Source: Squalus acanthias
Lineage: Eukaryota
Reading direction: 5' to 3'
NCBI GenBank assembly: GCA_030390025.1
Contig: CM059431.1
Span: 102,426,001-102,486,000, forward strand
Length of the DNA stretch: 60,000 nt
How positions within the stretch are numbered: the stretch's first letter is position 1; every line of letters starts with the position of its first letter. The notes under the pieces are model-generated. The model worked only from the letters and a program-made list of their open reading frames with translations, was not told the origin of the DNA and ran no database searches. The translations under genes and the position numbers were made by a program. Of this stretch, positions 13,877 through 26,389 are shown piece after piece.

Positions 13877-14029
13877 ATCCTGACTTAAGCCTTACAGATG
13901 GTGGAAAGGCATTCCAAGGGTCAGGGAGGTGAGTCAAGATGCCCAATACCCAACCTTTGCACTGCATTTGCAGCCACGTTTATGATGGGCTGCTCCAGCT
14001 AAGCTTCTGGTCAGTGATAGCATCCCATC

Positions 14030-15870
14030 CACATTGTGAGTTGACGACACCCACCTCTACCTCAACCTCACCACCTCGTTCAACCCCCTCCACTGCCTCA
14101 GTTGTAAGACTGCTCGTTCGACATCCAGTTCTGGATGAGGCAAAATTTCCAATTAAACAATCGCAAAGACCGAAGCCAGTGTCTCTGGGCCCCTTCCCAA
14201 AACTCAGTTTCTTAATAGCTTTCAGCCCCCTCTCTGGGTATGTCTCAGGCTGAACCAGACTATTCACAATCTCAGCGTCGTATTTCACCGAGCTGAATGT
14301 CTGACCCCACCTCGTTACCTCCAGACTCGACTATTCCAATGCTCTCCTGGCTGACCTCCCATCTTCCACCCTCCGTAAACTTAAGCTCGTACAAAACGCT
14401 GCTGTCCGTGTCCTAACTCGCACCAAGTCCCGTTCGCCGATCACCTCTGTTCTCGCGGACCTACATTGGCTCCCGGTCCAGCAACACCTTGAATTCAAAA
14501 TTCTCATGTTCAAATCCCTCCCTATCTCTGTAACCTCCTCCAGCCCTCCAAGAAGTCATGTTCCTCCAACTCTGGCCTCTTGTCCATCCCCCAGCTGTCT
14601 AGGTCCTAAGCTCTGCTAATTCACTAAATATCTCAGCCTCCCTAAACCCCTCAGTCTCCTTTAATACAACAAGTATTTATATAGCACCTTTAACGTAGTA
14701 AAACGTCCCAAGGCACTGCACAGGAGTGTTAGAAGAAAAAAATTTGACACCAAGCCACATAAGCAGAAATGAGGGCAGAAGAGGTAGGTTTTAAGGACTG
14801 CCTTAAAGCAGAAACGAGAGGTGGAGGTGTTCAGGGAGGGAATTCCAGAACTTAGGGCCTAAGCAGCTGAAGGCACGGCCACCAATGGTTGAGGGATTAA
14901 AATCAGATGCTCAAGAGGGCAGAATTGGAGGAGCGCAGCTATCTCGGGGGTGTTGTGGGGCTGGAGGAGATTACAAAGATAGGGAGGGGCGAGGCCATGG
15001 AGGGATTTGAAAACAAGGATGAGAATTTTAAAATCGAGGCATTGCTTAACCGGGAGCCAATGTAGGTCAGCGAGCACAGGGGTGATGGGTGAACAGGACT
15101 GAGTGCGAGTTAGGACACGGGCAGCCGAATTTTGGATGACCTCAAGTTTACATGGGGTAGAACGTGGGAGGCCAGCCAGGAGTGCGTTGGAATAGTCAAG
15201 TCTAGAGGTAACAAAGGCATGGATGAGGGTTTCAGCAGCGGATGAGCTGAGGCAGGGGCAGAGACGGGCGATGTTAGCGGTGGAAATAGTCTTAGTTATG
15301 GTACGGATATGTGGTCGGAAGCTCATTTCGGGGGTCAAATATGACACCAAGGTTGCGAACAGTGTGGCTCAGCCACAGACAGATGTTTGGGAGAGGGATG
15401 GAGTCAGTGGCTAGGGAGCAGAGTTTGTGGCGGGGACCGAAAACAATGGCTTCGGTCCTCCCAATATTTAATTGGAGACCGTGGAGGATGTCGAGAGAAG
15501 TGGTGGTGAGGTAGAGCTGGGTGTCGTCAGCGTACATGTGGAAACTGACGCTGTGTTTTCAGATAATGTCACCAAGGGACAGCATGTAGATGAGAAATAG
15601 GAGGAGGCCAAGGATAGATCCTTGGGGGACACCAGAGGTAACGATGCGGGAGCGGGAAGAGAAGCCGTTGCCGGTGATTCTCTAGCTATGATTCGAGACC
15701 GTGGAGTTTGAGAGAATACCCTCCTTACAACCTACCTCTTTGACCAAGCTTTCGATTGCCTGTCCTAATGTCTCCTTCTTTGGCTCGGTCAACCTTTGTC
15801 TGATTTACGCTCCTGTGAAGCACCTTTGGACATTTTACTGGGTTAAAGGCGCTATATAAATGCAAATTGT
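14030..15870 (+). mobile_element. L2 LINE fragment interrupted by an antisense L2
   Basis: [19 protein letters not shown] on + strand; 3' UTR resumes at ~15720. Confidence 0.82.
14668..15714 (-). mobile_element. L2 LINE RT fragment
   Basis: [29 protein letters not shown]; flanked by AATAC direct repeat. Confidence 0.9.
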
Positions 15871-16598
15871 TAAGTGTCCATTGATGAATGAAATAGAGTC
15901 TGACCGGTTACTGAAGAATGGAATGTTAAATGTGTCGGTGGGCTTCCCTGATAAGATTATTAGGTCTGGTAAATTTAATTGCGCCTTTGTAAGTATAATA
16001 ATTTACTGTCTGGCAGAGAATTAAAGGCTGGAATACAAGTCATTTTTACTAAAACACCAAATTGTGTTTTAGCAGTTATTACAGATCAGAGGTAGATTTC
16101 CCACCACTTAAAACGTCCACGTTTAAAACTGGCAGTCACTTATATTTATGTCGACGTTGCCGTTACTAGTGTCTGAAGTACTAAGGTTTCTCATATTAAA
16201 TCCACCTCCATTTCCAGTCCTTTCCTCTAGTGTGGAGTGTTGCACATTGGTGATCTTGCCCAATTTACATTCCCCACAGGTTTTACACTGGCAGTCGTTG
16301 GCACTGCTCATTTTCAAATTTCTGTTTCTCCAGCCTTCATTAGCTTTGCTACCGTGTGGGGTGAATTGCATTGCACGAATGGAGACCCCCTGATGCACCA
16401 TAACGGTCACTTATAAGACACTGCTTAAAACCTACCTCTTTAACCAAGCTTTAGGTCGCCTTCTCCGAATATCTCGCGGCTCGGTGTCAAACTTTGTCTG
16501 ATAATCGCTCCTGTGAAGCACCTTAGGACTTTTTACTAGGTTAAAAGGCGCTATATGAATGCAAGTTGTTGTTGTTGCAGAACGCCTGAATAAATGTT

Positions 16599-16825
16599 AT
16601 TTTTCTCTCGCTCCCTGCAACGAGCCACCCACAGCTCCCCGAATTCCAGCCTCTTCAACGGGAGCGATGTTGGCGGAAAGCTTTGGCATCTGCGATGGTG
16701 ACTGGCTACGGCCAGATAGAAAATGTAGAGGTCAACTTTGCAGGAACACATTTTCTGCGCTCCCATTGAAGAGGCTGGGAATCGGGGAGCTGCGGGCAGT
16801 TGGTTACAGGGAGAGAGAATAAAAT
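16599..16825. mobile_element. small element with ~65-bp inverted repeats (MITE-like)
   Basis: CTCCCTGCAAC..CAGCTCCCCGAATTCCAGCCTCTTCAACGGGAGCG mirrored at 16758-16825. Confidence 0.7.
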
Positions 16826-17169
16826 CTTACAGCACAGAAGGCTATTCGGCCGATCGTGCCTGTTCCTTGAAACAGCTGTCCAATTTAGCCCAAGCCCCCC
16901 CCCCACCCATAGCGCTGCAAATGAGTCCTCTACGGGTATATGCCCAATTACATTCCTCCAGGCATTATAGCAGCCATCCCGTATAATGGACAAATCGCGT
17001 TGGCACCAACGCGCCCACTATAAGTGGTGGGGTCTGTATTAACAAAAAGTAGTATGCTTTCTTAAAACTACTGCAATTAGAAGGTATGGTTGTCAGAAAA
17101 AAATCTATTTCCTGCAAATTAGCTGCTGCAATATTGCACATCCCATAGAGAGGGGGGGGGGGGGGGAGA

Positions 17170-17515
17170 AAACTTGTATTTCTATAGCACCTTTCACGAC
17201 CACCAGACATCCCAAAGCGCTTTACAGCCAATGAAGTACTTTTTGAAGTGTAGTCACTGTTGTAATGTAGGAAACGCAGCAGAAAATTAGCGCACAGCAA
17301 GCTCCCACACACAGCAATGCGATAATGACCAGATAATCTGTTTTTAGTGATGTTGATTGAGGGATAAATATTGGCCAGGATACCGGGGATAACTCCCCTG
17401 GTCCTCTTTGAAATAGTGCTGTGGGATCTTTTACATCCACCCGAGGGGACAGACGGAGCCTCGGTTTAACGTCTCATCTGAAAGACGGCACCTCCGACAG
17501 TGCAGCACTCCCTCA
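17170..17515 (-). mobile_element. same SINE family (inside duplicated block; paralog at 23775-24120)
   Basis: Core and tail; both copies truncated at the same point. Confidence 0.85.
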
Positions 17516-18094
17516 GAAAAAGAAACAATTCTCCCCCTTCCAGTTTCCCATACATTGCAATCTCAGGCATTGAAAAAGTAACTTGCAATTTTTAGCATCT
17601 TGAATACCAGAGAAAAATGTTCATCAGGAACTCCTGTGTGAACTATTCCACCATGTTTTGCTCTTTCTAGCCGGAGACAGATGGGGGGAATCCTTAAATA
17701 TTTCCCCGATACAAAGTTTGGATCCCCCAAAAGAATTCTGGATCTACCTACTCTGGGGAAAAGGACAATTGGCAATTTAATGTAGGAAAATCAGCAACAA
17801 ACACACTAACCTCTTTACAAATATTTTGGTACAAACATAATCCTTGGTCAAACTGCTGAGCAAGGAGTTGATCAGATAAACGAATCGTAACAGAAGCCAC
17901 GAGCCAAATTTCCTGTTACTCACTTGTCAATGCTAAGTGCTAACGGCATTTTGAATAAGCGTGTTTGTTGAGTTTATTGGAAACTCCAACCTCGGTGAAG
18001 GTCGATTGATGGGTTAGATTGCCTGATGTAATGTTTTTATCTCAGCATTAAAAAAAAGGAGGTTCTTGCAAAGTTTGTAGGAAGAGAGAAGTCT

Positions 18095-19040
18095 GAAATT
18101 TACAGCACAGAAGGACGCCATTCGGTCATCGTGTCTGTGCCGGTTAAAAAAGAGCGATCCAGCCTAATCCCACTTTCCAGCTCTTCGTCCGTAGCCTTGA
18201 AGGTTGCAGCACTTCAAGTGCATATCCAAGTACTTTTTAAATGTGATGCGGGTTTCTGCCTCTACCAGTCTTTCACGCCAGAGTTCCAAACCCCCACCAC
18301 CCACTGGGTGAAAAAACTCATCAACTCCCCTCTAATCCTTCTATCAATTAGAAACATAGAAAAATAGGAGTAGGCCATTCAGCCCTGCTCCACCATTCAA
18401 TATCATGGCTGATCCTCTATCTCAATACCATATTCCCGCTCTCTCCCCATACCCCTTGATGTCTTTTGTGTCTAGAAATCTATCTATCTCCTTCTTAAAT
18501 ATATTCAGTGACTTGGCCTCCACAGCCTTCTGTGGTAGAGAATTCCACAGGTTCACCACCCTGAGTGAAGAAATTTCTCATCTCAGTCCTAAATGTCCTA
18601 CCCCGTATCCTGAGACTGTGACCCCTCGTTTTAGACCCCCCAGCCAGGGGAAACATCCTCCCCCTGCATCCAGTCTGTCTAACCCTGTCAGAATTTTATT
18701 CGTTTCAATGAGATCCCCATTCATTCTTCTAAACTCTAGTGAATACATGCCTAGTCGACCCAATCTCTCTCCATACGACAGTCCTGCCATCCCAGGACTT
18801 TAAATCTATGCACCCTGATTATTGACCTCTCTGCTAAGGGAAATAGGTCTTTCCTATCCACTCTATCTAGGCCCCTCAATTTTATACACCTCAATTAAAT
18901 CTCTCCTCAGCCTCCACTGTTCCAAAGAAATCAACCCCAGCCTATCCAATCTTTCCTCATAGCTAAAGTTCTCCAATCTTAGCAACATCCTCGTAAATCT
19001 CCTCTGTACCCTCTCTAGTGCAATCACATCTTTCCTGTTA
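18095..19040 (-). mobile_element. two nested CR1 3' fragments
   Basis: Outer CR1 broken at ~18349 and resuming ~18798 around an inner CR1 3' end. Confidence 0.85.
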
Positions 19041-19996
19041 AAAAAAAATTGGGGAATTTTAAACATAGGTGAGACATAAAAAATAGGAGCAGGAGTCGGC
19101 CATTTGGCCCCTCGAGCCTGCTCCGCCATTCAATAAGATAATGGCTGATCTTCTACCTCATCTCCGCTTTCCTGCACAATCCCCATATCCCTTGATTCTA
19201 TTAGTATCCAAATATCTATCGATCTCTGTCTTGAATATACTTCACGACTGAGCCTCCACAGCCCTCTGGGGTAGAGAATTCCAAAGATTCACCACCCTGA
19301 GTGAAGACATTTCTCATCTCAGTCCTAAATGACCAGCCCCTTATTGAGACTGTGACCCCTGGTTCTAAACTCCCCAGCCAGGGGAAACATCCTCCCTGCA
19401 TCTACCCTGTCAAGCCCTGTAAGAATTTGTTGTTTCAATGAGATTACCTCTCATTCTTCTAAACTCCAGAGAACATAAGCCTAATCTACTCAATTTCTCC
19501 TCATAGGACAAACCCCCCAGCCCAGGAATCAGTCTGGTGAACTTTTGTTGCACTCCCTCTATAGCAAGTATATCCTTCCTTAGGTAAGGAGACCAAAACT
19601 GTACACAATACTCCAGGTGTGGTCTCACCAGGGCCCTATATAATTGCAGTAAGACATCTTTACTCTTCTACTCAAATCCTCCTGTAATAAAGGCCAACAT
19701 ACCATTTGCTTTCCTAATTGCTTGCTGTACCTGCATGTTAACTTTGTGATTCGTGTACAAGGACATCCAGGTCCCTCTGAACACCAACATTTCCCAATCT
19801 CTCACCATTTAAAAAACTCTGCTTTTCTATTTTTCCTACCAAAGTGGATAACTTCACATTTCCCCACATTATATTCCATTTGCCATGTTCTTGCCCACTC
19901 ACTTAGCCTGTCCATATCCCCTTGAAGCCTCCTTGCATCCTCCTCACAACTTACATTCCCACCCAGCTTTGTATCAGCAGCAAACTTGGATATATT

Positions 19997-20731
19997 GGCC
20001 CAGAAATTCCGTTCGCAGGCTTCCCGGGGGCGGAGGGCTGCGATCTGGAAAAATCTGCACCTGGACCGGAGGGCTCCCGGGAGGCGCAGAGTTCCGTTGC
20101 TGGGCCTCTCCAAACTGCCGGTGCGCAGGGCCCACGTATCCCAGAGGCGCAGGCGGTTCGCAGCGTCCCTGGGATGCCAATCAGAAGGGAATCTCCCTTC
20201 ATATATTTGACAGGAAGACCTGTCAAATATATGAATAGAGATCACCCCCAAAACATAGTAAAACTTGAAATAAATTTTTTAAAAAATCACATTTTTAAAA
20301 TGACTTTAAACAACTATAAATTAAGTATTTTAAACAAAAATTTTATTTTTTGAAAAAAATTATTAAAGTTTTTAACGGGGCTAAAAATAAACTTACCTTT
20401 CTTTAAAGTATTTTTAAATGATAAATCAGTGGAAAAAGTGTTTTTTTTTTTTTTACTTTTTTTCAACTCTTATCCTGGTAAAAGCAGGCCTTACCCCTGC
20501 TTTTACCAGGCGCGAGAATTGTAAGTGTTTTCTGCGGGCGGAGGGTCTCCAAAAAATCGAACTCTCCACCCGCAGAGGCCCTTCTCCCGGGCAGGCGGAG
20601 TATCTGTCAAGAGCTTTCTTGACAGATCGGAAATGCCGGTTTCCAGTGCATGCGCAGTGCATGCCTAAAACCGGCATTTCCGTTGGCCCTACGGGCGAGT
20701 ACACACCCGTAGGGATCAGAATTTCTGCCCC
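19997..20731. mobile_element. Harbinger-like MITE in a CR1
   Basis: TIR GGCCCAGAAATTC / GAATTTCTGCCCC; TSD ATT; excision restores CR1 ..GGATATATT|ATATTTGGTCCC.. Confidence 0.88.
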
Positions 20732-21523
20732 ATTATATTTGGTCCCCTCATCCAAATCATTGATGTAGATTGTGAATAGCTGAGGCCCAAGCACTAATCC
20801 TTGCAGTACCCTACTAATTACAGCCTGCCAGCCCGAAAATGACCCATTTATTCCTACACTGTTTTCTGTCCGTTAACCAATCCTCAATCCATGCTAGCAG
20901 TATTACCCCCAATCCCATGAGCCCGAATTTTGTTTATCATCTTGTGTGGCACCTTATCAAATGCCTTCTAAAAATCCAAATACACCACATCCACTGATTC
21001 CCTTATCTATTCTGCTCGTTACAACCTCAAAAAACTTGTCAAACACTATTTCCCTTTCATAAATCTGTGTTGACTGCCCAATCCTATTATTTTCTAAGTG
21101 CTCTGTTACCACATCCTTAATAGATTCTAGCATTTTTCCTACTACTGATGTCAGGCTAACTGGTCTGTAGTTTTCTCTCTCCCTCCTTTCTTAAATAGTG
21201 GGGTTACATTTGCCACCTTCCAATCCGCAGGAATGGTTCTAGAATCTATGGAATTTTGGAAAATGACAACCAAAGCATCCATCATCTCTATAGCCACCTC
21301 TTTCAAAACCCTAGGATGTAGGTCATCAGGTCCAGGGGATTTATCAGCTTTCAGTCCCATTAATTTCTCCAGTACTATTTTTTTTTAACTAATACTAATT
21401 TCTTTCAGTTCCTCATTCTCACTAGACCCTTGGTTCTCCACTATTTCTGGGAAGTTTTTTGCATCTTCTTCTGTGAAGACAGACACAAAGTATTTATTTA
21501 ATTTCTCTGCCATTTCCTTATTC

Positions 21524-21673
21524 AGAGGTCGCACATACCAGGTTATAGTCCAACAGTTTTATTTGAAATCACAAGCTTTCAAAGTGATTTCAAATAAAAC
21601 TGTTGGACTATAACCTGGTGTTGTGCGACCTCTCAATTTTGTCCACCCCAGTCCAACACCGGCATCTCCGCAT
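21524..21673. mobile_element. Penelope-like mini element, hairpin form with hammerhead core deleted
   Basis: ~50-bp inverted arms (21524-21572, 21584-21633); 13-bp TSD CATTTCCTTATTC; same family as 57788-58080. Confidence 0.85.
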
Positions 21674-24600
21674 CATTTCCTTATTCCCCATTATAATTTC
21701 TCCTGTCTCAGCCTGTAAGGGACCCACATTTACTTTTGCTAATCTTTTCCTTTTTACATACCTATAGAAGCTTAGTCTGTTTTTATGTCTCTCGCTAGTT
21801 TACTCTCATTCTATTTTCCCTCTAAAAAAATCAATTTCTTGGTCCTTTGCTGAATTCTAAAATCATCCCAATCCTCAGGCTTACTACTCTTTTTGGAAAC
21901 ATTATAAGCCTCTTCCTTTGATCCAATACTATCTTTAACTTCTCTTGTTAGCCACGGTTGGACCACTTTTCCTGTGGGGTTTTTGTGCCTTAAGGAATGT
22001 ATATTTGTTGTAAATTATGTATTAATTCTTTAAATGCTAGCCATTGCTTGTCTACTGTCATACCTTTTAATGTAGTTTCCCAATCTACCGTAACCAACTC
22101 GCCCCTCATACCTACGTAGTTTGCTTTGTTTAGATTTAAGACCCTAGTTTCTGATTTAACTAAATCACTTTCAAACTTAATATAAAATTCTATCATACTC
22201 TTCCCTAAGGGCCCCTTTACTACAAGGTTATTAATTAACCCTTTCTCATTGCACAATACTAGATCTAAAATAGCCTGTTCCCTAGTTGGTTCTGCAACAT
22301 ACTGATCCAGAAAACTATCTTGCATACATTTCATGAATTCGTCCTCCACACTATTACTGCAAATTTGGTTTGCCCAGTCTATATATAGATTAAAGTCCCC
22401 CATGATTACTGTATTACCCTTGTTACATGCGCCTCCAATTTCCTGATTTATACTCTGCCCTACATTACAACTACTGTTTGGGGGCCTATAAACAACTCCC
22501 ACCAATGTTTTCTGCCACTTGCTGTTTCTTAGCTCCACCCAAACCGATTCTTCTACTTGATTTTCGGAGTGAAGATCCTTTCTCTCTACTGTCTTTATCC
22601 CATCCTTTATCAGGGCTACCCCTCCTCCTTTTCCATTTTGCCTATCTCATCTAAAAGTTATGTATCCTGGAATATTTAGTTCCCAACCTTCGCCACTTTG
22701 CAACCACGTCTCCGTAATGGCTATTCGATCAAACCTAGTCATTTCTATCTGCGCTATTAATTCATCTATTTTGTTGTGAATGCTTCGCGCAGATATAGTG
22801 CCTTTAGCTTTGACTTATTTCTACTTTTCCTGATACCACCTTAGTCACTGACGCCCTATTACCTTTGTTACTCTGTCCCTTCCTGACCCACTCTGCTTAT
22901 TTTTACCCAAAACTCTGCTCCAGAGCCTTGACATTTCTCTCGTTGCTTTTAAATTGACTCTTTCCTGAATCCTCCCACCATCCCCCCCATTCATTAGTTT
23001 AAAGCCAAAACCACTTGTGTTCCTGTTTCCCGCGATCTTTCCGCTGATTCAAGATTCAATTAACGGCGAATCAGGGTCCCCCCCCCCGGTCGGCATTGTG
23101 AAATTCCGCCGATTGTGCTGGTTTGGGAAGGATCTTCAAATCGCGCTCATTTTCTTAGATGCACAGGCACCAGTTGGCACGCTTTTAAACATCTTTCATA
23201 TCAAAATATTTAATTTATTAAGAAACTGACTAGTGTACACCAATTAAATAGTTCAGTATAGTTTTAAAAAAAAGTCATGAGTATTTTAAAATCAGGTCAC
23301 TCAAGTGGAGGACTGGCCACTAATGCTTATTTCTGGTTATAAACCCATTTTCAGCTGTATTAATAAAACTGCATCAGGTTACCATTCTTAAATACATCAA
23401 GCAATACTTTTTAAAAAGAAAAAAGTTACGTTCTATTACGCTGCACGATTGCGCTGGTTCATTGATGAGCTGTCCAGTTTAGACCCACGTCCCAGCATTG
23501 ACCCCCCCACCCATAATAGCCCTGCAAATGAGTCCTCTACATGTATATGCCCAATTGCATTCCTCCAGGCATTATAGCAGCCATCCCACATAATGGACAA
23601 ATCGCGTTGGCACCAACACGCCCACTATAAAGTGGTGGGGACTGTATTAACAAAAAGTAGCATGCTTTCTTAAAACCACTGCAATTAGAATGCATGGTTG
23701 TCAGAAAAAAAATCAATTTCCTGCAAATTAGCTGTTGCAATAGTGCACTTCCCATAGAAAAAGGGGGGGGGAGAAAACCTTGCATTTATATAGCACCTTT
23801 CACGACCACCGGATGTCCCAAAGCGCTTTACAGCCAATGAAGTACTTTTTGAAGTGGTCACTGTTGTAATGTAGGAAACGCGGCAGAAAATTTGTGCACA
23901 GCAAGCTCCCACAAACAGCAATGCGATAATGACCAGATAATCTGTTTTTCGTGATGTTGATTGAGGGATAAATATTGGCCAGGACACCGGGGATAACTCC
24001 CCTGGTCCTCTTTGAAATAGTGCCGTGGGATCTTTTACATCCACCCGAGGGGACAGACGGAGCCTCGGTTTAACGTCTCATCTGAAAGATGGCACCTCCG
24101 ACAGTGTAGCATTCCCTCAGAAAAAGAAATACAATTCTCCCCCTTTCAGTTTCCCATACATTGCAATCTCAGGCATTGTAAAACTTGCAATTTTTAGCAT
24201 CTTGAATACCAGAGAAAAATGTGCATCATGGCACTCCTGTGTGAACTATTCCACCATGTTTTTCTCTTTCTAGCCGGAGACAGACGGGGGAATCCTTAAA
24301 TATTTCCCCGATACAAAATTTGGATCCCCCCCAAAAAATTCTGGATCTACCTACTCTGGGGAAAGGACAATTGGCAATTTAATGTAGGAAAAGCAGCAAC
24401 AAAAACACTAACCTCTTTACAAATATTTTGGTACAAACATAATCCTTGGTCAAACTGCTGAGCAAGTTGATGATCAGATAAACGAATCGTAACAGAAGCC
24501 CGAGCCAAATTTCCTGTTACTCACTTGTCAATGCCAAGTGTGCTAACGGCATTTTGAATAAGCGTGTTTGTTTAGTTTAGTGGAAACTCCAACCTTGGTG

Positions 24601-26333
24601 AAGGTCGATTGATGGGTTAGATTGCCTGATGTAATGTTTTTATTTCAGCATTAAAAAGGAGGTTCTTGAAGTTGTAAGAAGAGAGAAGTCTGTATCATAG
24701 AAATTTACAGCACAGAAGGAGGCCATTCCGCGATCTTTTCTGCTGGTTCAAGATTCAATTAGCACCAAATCAGGCCCCGCCCACAAAGCTGGACACGCCC
24801 CCAGGTCGACATTGCGAGATTCTGCTGGTTCACGAAGGCTCTTCCAAAACGCGCTCATTTTCTTAAGCGCACGGGCACCAGTCGGCACGTTTTTAAAAAT
24901 CTTTCATATCAAAAAATATTTAATTTACTAAGAAACTGACTAGTGCACACCAATTAAATTATTAAACAGTTCAGTATAGTTTAAAAAAAAAGTCATTTAA
25001 GTATTTTAAAATCAGGTCACTCACAGGAATGGACACTGATGCTTATTTTTGGTGATAAACCAGTTTTCAGCTGTATTAATAAAAGTGCACCAGGTTACCA
25101 TTCTTGAATACATCAAGCAATACTTTTTAAGAAAAAAAAAGATTTACGTTCTATTACACTGCATGATGGCGCTGGTTTATGGATGATTTTAAGTTTGTGA
25201 TTATGCAAAATGAATTTTAGCGGAAACTTGAATCAAACGTGTTTTGGGAGCAATTTCTGGATTTGCGCCCAAAGCGGAAACCCTATCCCATGATCTTTAC
25301 AAAGAAGGTATCCATCTGGCTTCCAACGTGTCGACACAGATCAGCAGTATGGAGAGGTTAGCGTCATAGGGAGTACCTGCCATCACCTTCACAGCAGCAC
25401 TCAGTGAAGCCAGCTCTTCCATTGAATTTCCCCAGTGTGGTCACCATTGGAGTCAAGGAATACACATTTCTCCCTTCCTTTAAAAGACACTGACTCATTT
25501 TCAGGTTGTTTCATGGAAGGCCAAAGTGTTTATTCTAAATGTGTCAGCTTTGACAATGTCACCAGCCACTGTAACATGGAAGGCACTGTAACCAAGCCAA
25601 TCCTGAATCCTATCTTCATCTGACAAACTTATTTTCCTGCAAGATTACTGGACAGGTACCCTGCCTGATTTTCTCCTCCACTCCGTAACACGGTGTGGTT
25701 CAGTGCTACATTCACTTACCACGGTGGTGAAAGACTTGCTGAGTGAGCTCTCATTAGCTCACAGGCTGCCGCTGTTCAAAACACAGCAAATGTAACTGTA
25801 TGAAGTTAGGAACGAGATGGCAGCACTTACATATTTATAGCTACTTAACAGAGGGTGGAGAGGAGAGAGCGAGTGTGACAGAAAGAGAGGGGAGAGTGAG
25901 TGACAGCAAGGGAGGAGAGAGACAATGAGAGATAAAGGGAAGGGCAGGGAGGAGAGAGAAAGGGAGGCACCGTAACCAAGCCCAATCCTGAATCCTATCC
26001 TCATCTGACAAACTTATTTTGCTGCAGGATTAATGAATGGAGAGGGGACTAGGAACAGGTACCCTGCCTGATTTTCTACTCCACTCCACAACACAGGGGT
26101 GGGAAGCGGAGGAGAGAAAAAGGGGAAGAGGGACAAAGAAAGGAAAGAAGAGGGGAAAGAGAAAAAAAAGATGCTTGCACTACTTGATAAATAAACCAAT
26201 GCTGGTGTGTGGTTATAATACTGCACAATACAAGAGAAAAAACAAGTTTCTGCAATTATTTCCAGAATTTAAAAACACCAAGTCTAAAATGCTTATTTAT
26301 TTGGCAAACACCAGACAGCCCCAAGAACGAAAT

Positions 26334-26389
26334 GTAAACTACAAAAAAACTAATTACTAGGACAAGGCAGGTTTTGCATTGTGTTTATT
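26334..26389 (-). terminator. candidate polyadenylation signal with downstream U/GU-rich element
   Basis: AATAAA at 26389-26384 followed ~35 nt later by GTTTTTTTGTAGTTTAC. Confidence 0.5.

Larger units (their letters stand above)
19070..23007 (-). mobile_element. degenerate long CR1 LINE with two nested insertions
   Basis: APE motifs (VYRPP, IMGDFN), KSPGPD, FAADTK, CR1 3' tail; interrupted at 19997-20731 and 21524-21673. Confidence 0.93.
16876..25186. repeat. old tandem duplication (units ~16876-23468 and ~23469-25186)
   Basis: 16876-18123 aligns to 23469-24728; 23031-23468 aligns to 24729-25186. Confidence 0.88.

Noticed and set aside
1..26000. Many ORF-track peptides as a second host gene
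   Set aside because: All recognisable ones are CR1, L2 or RTE fragments or their antisense frames; no exon chain found.
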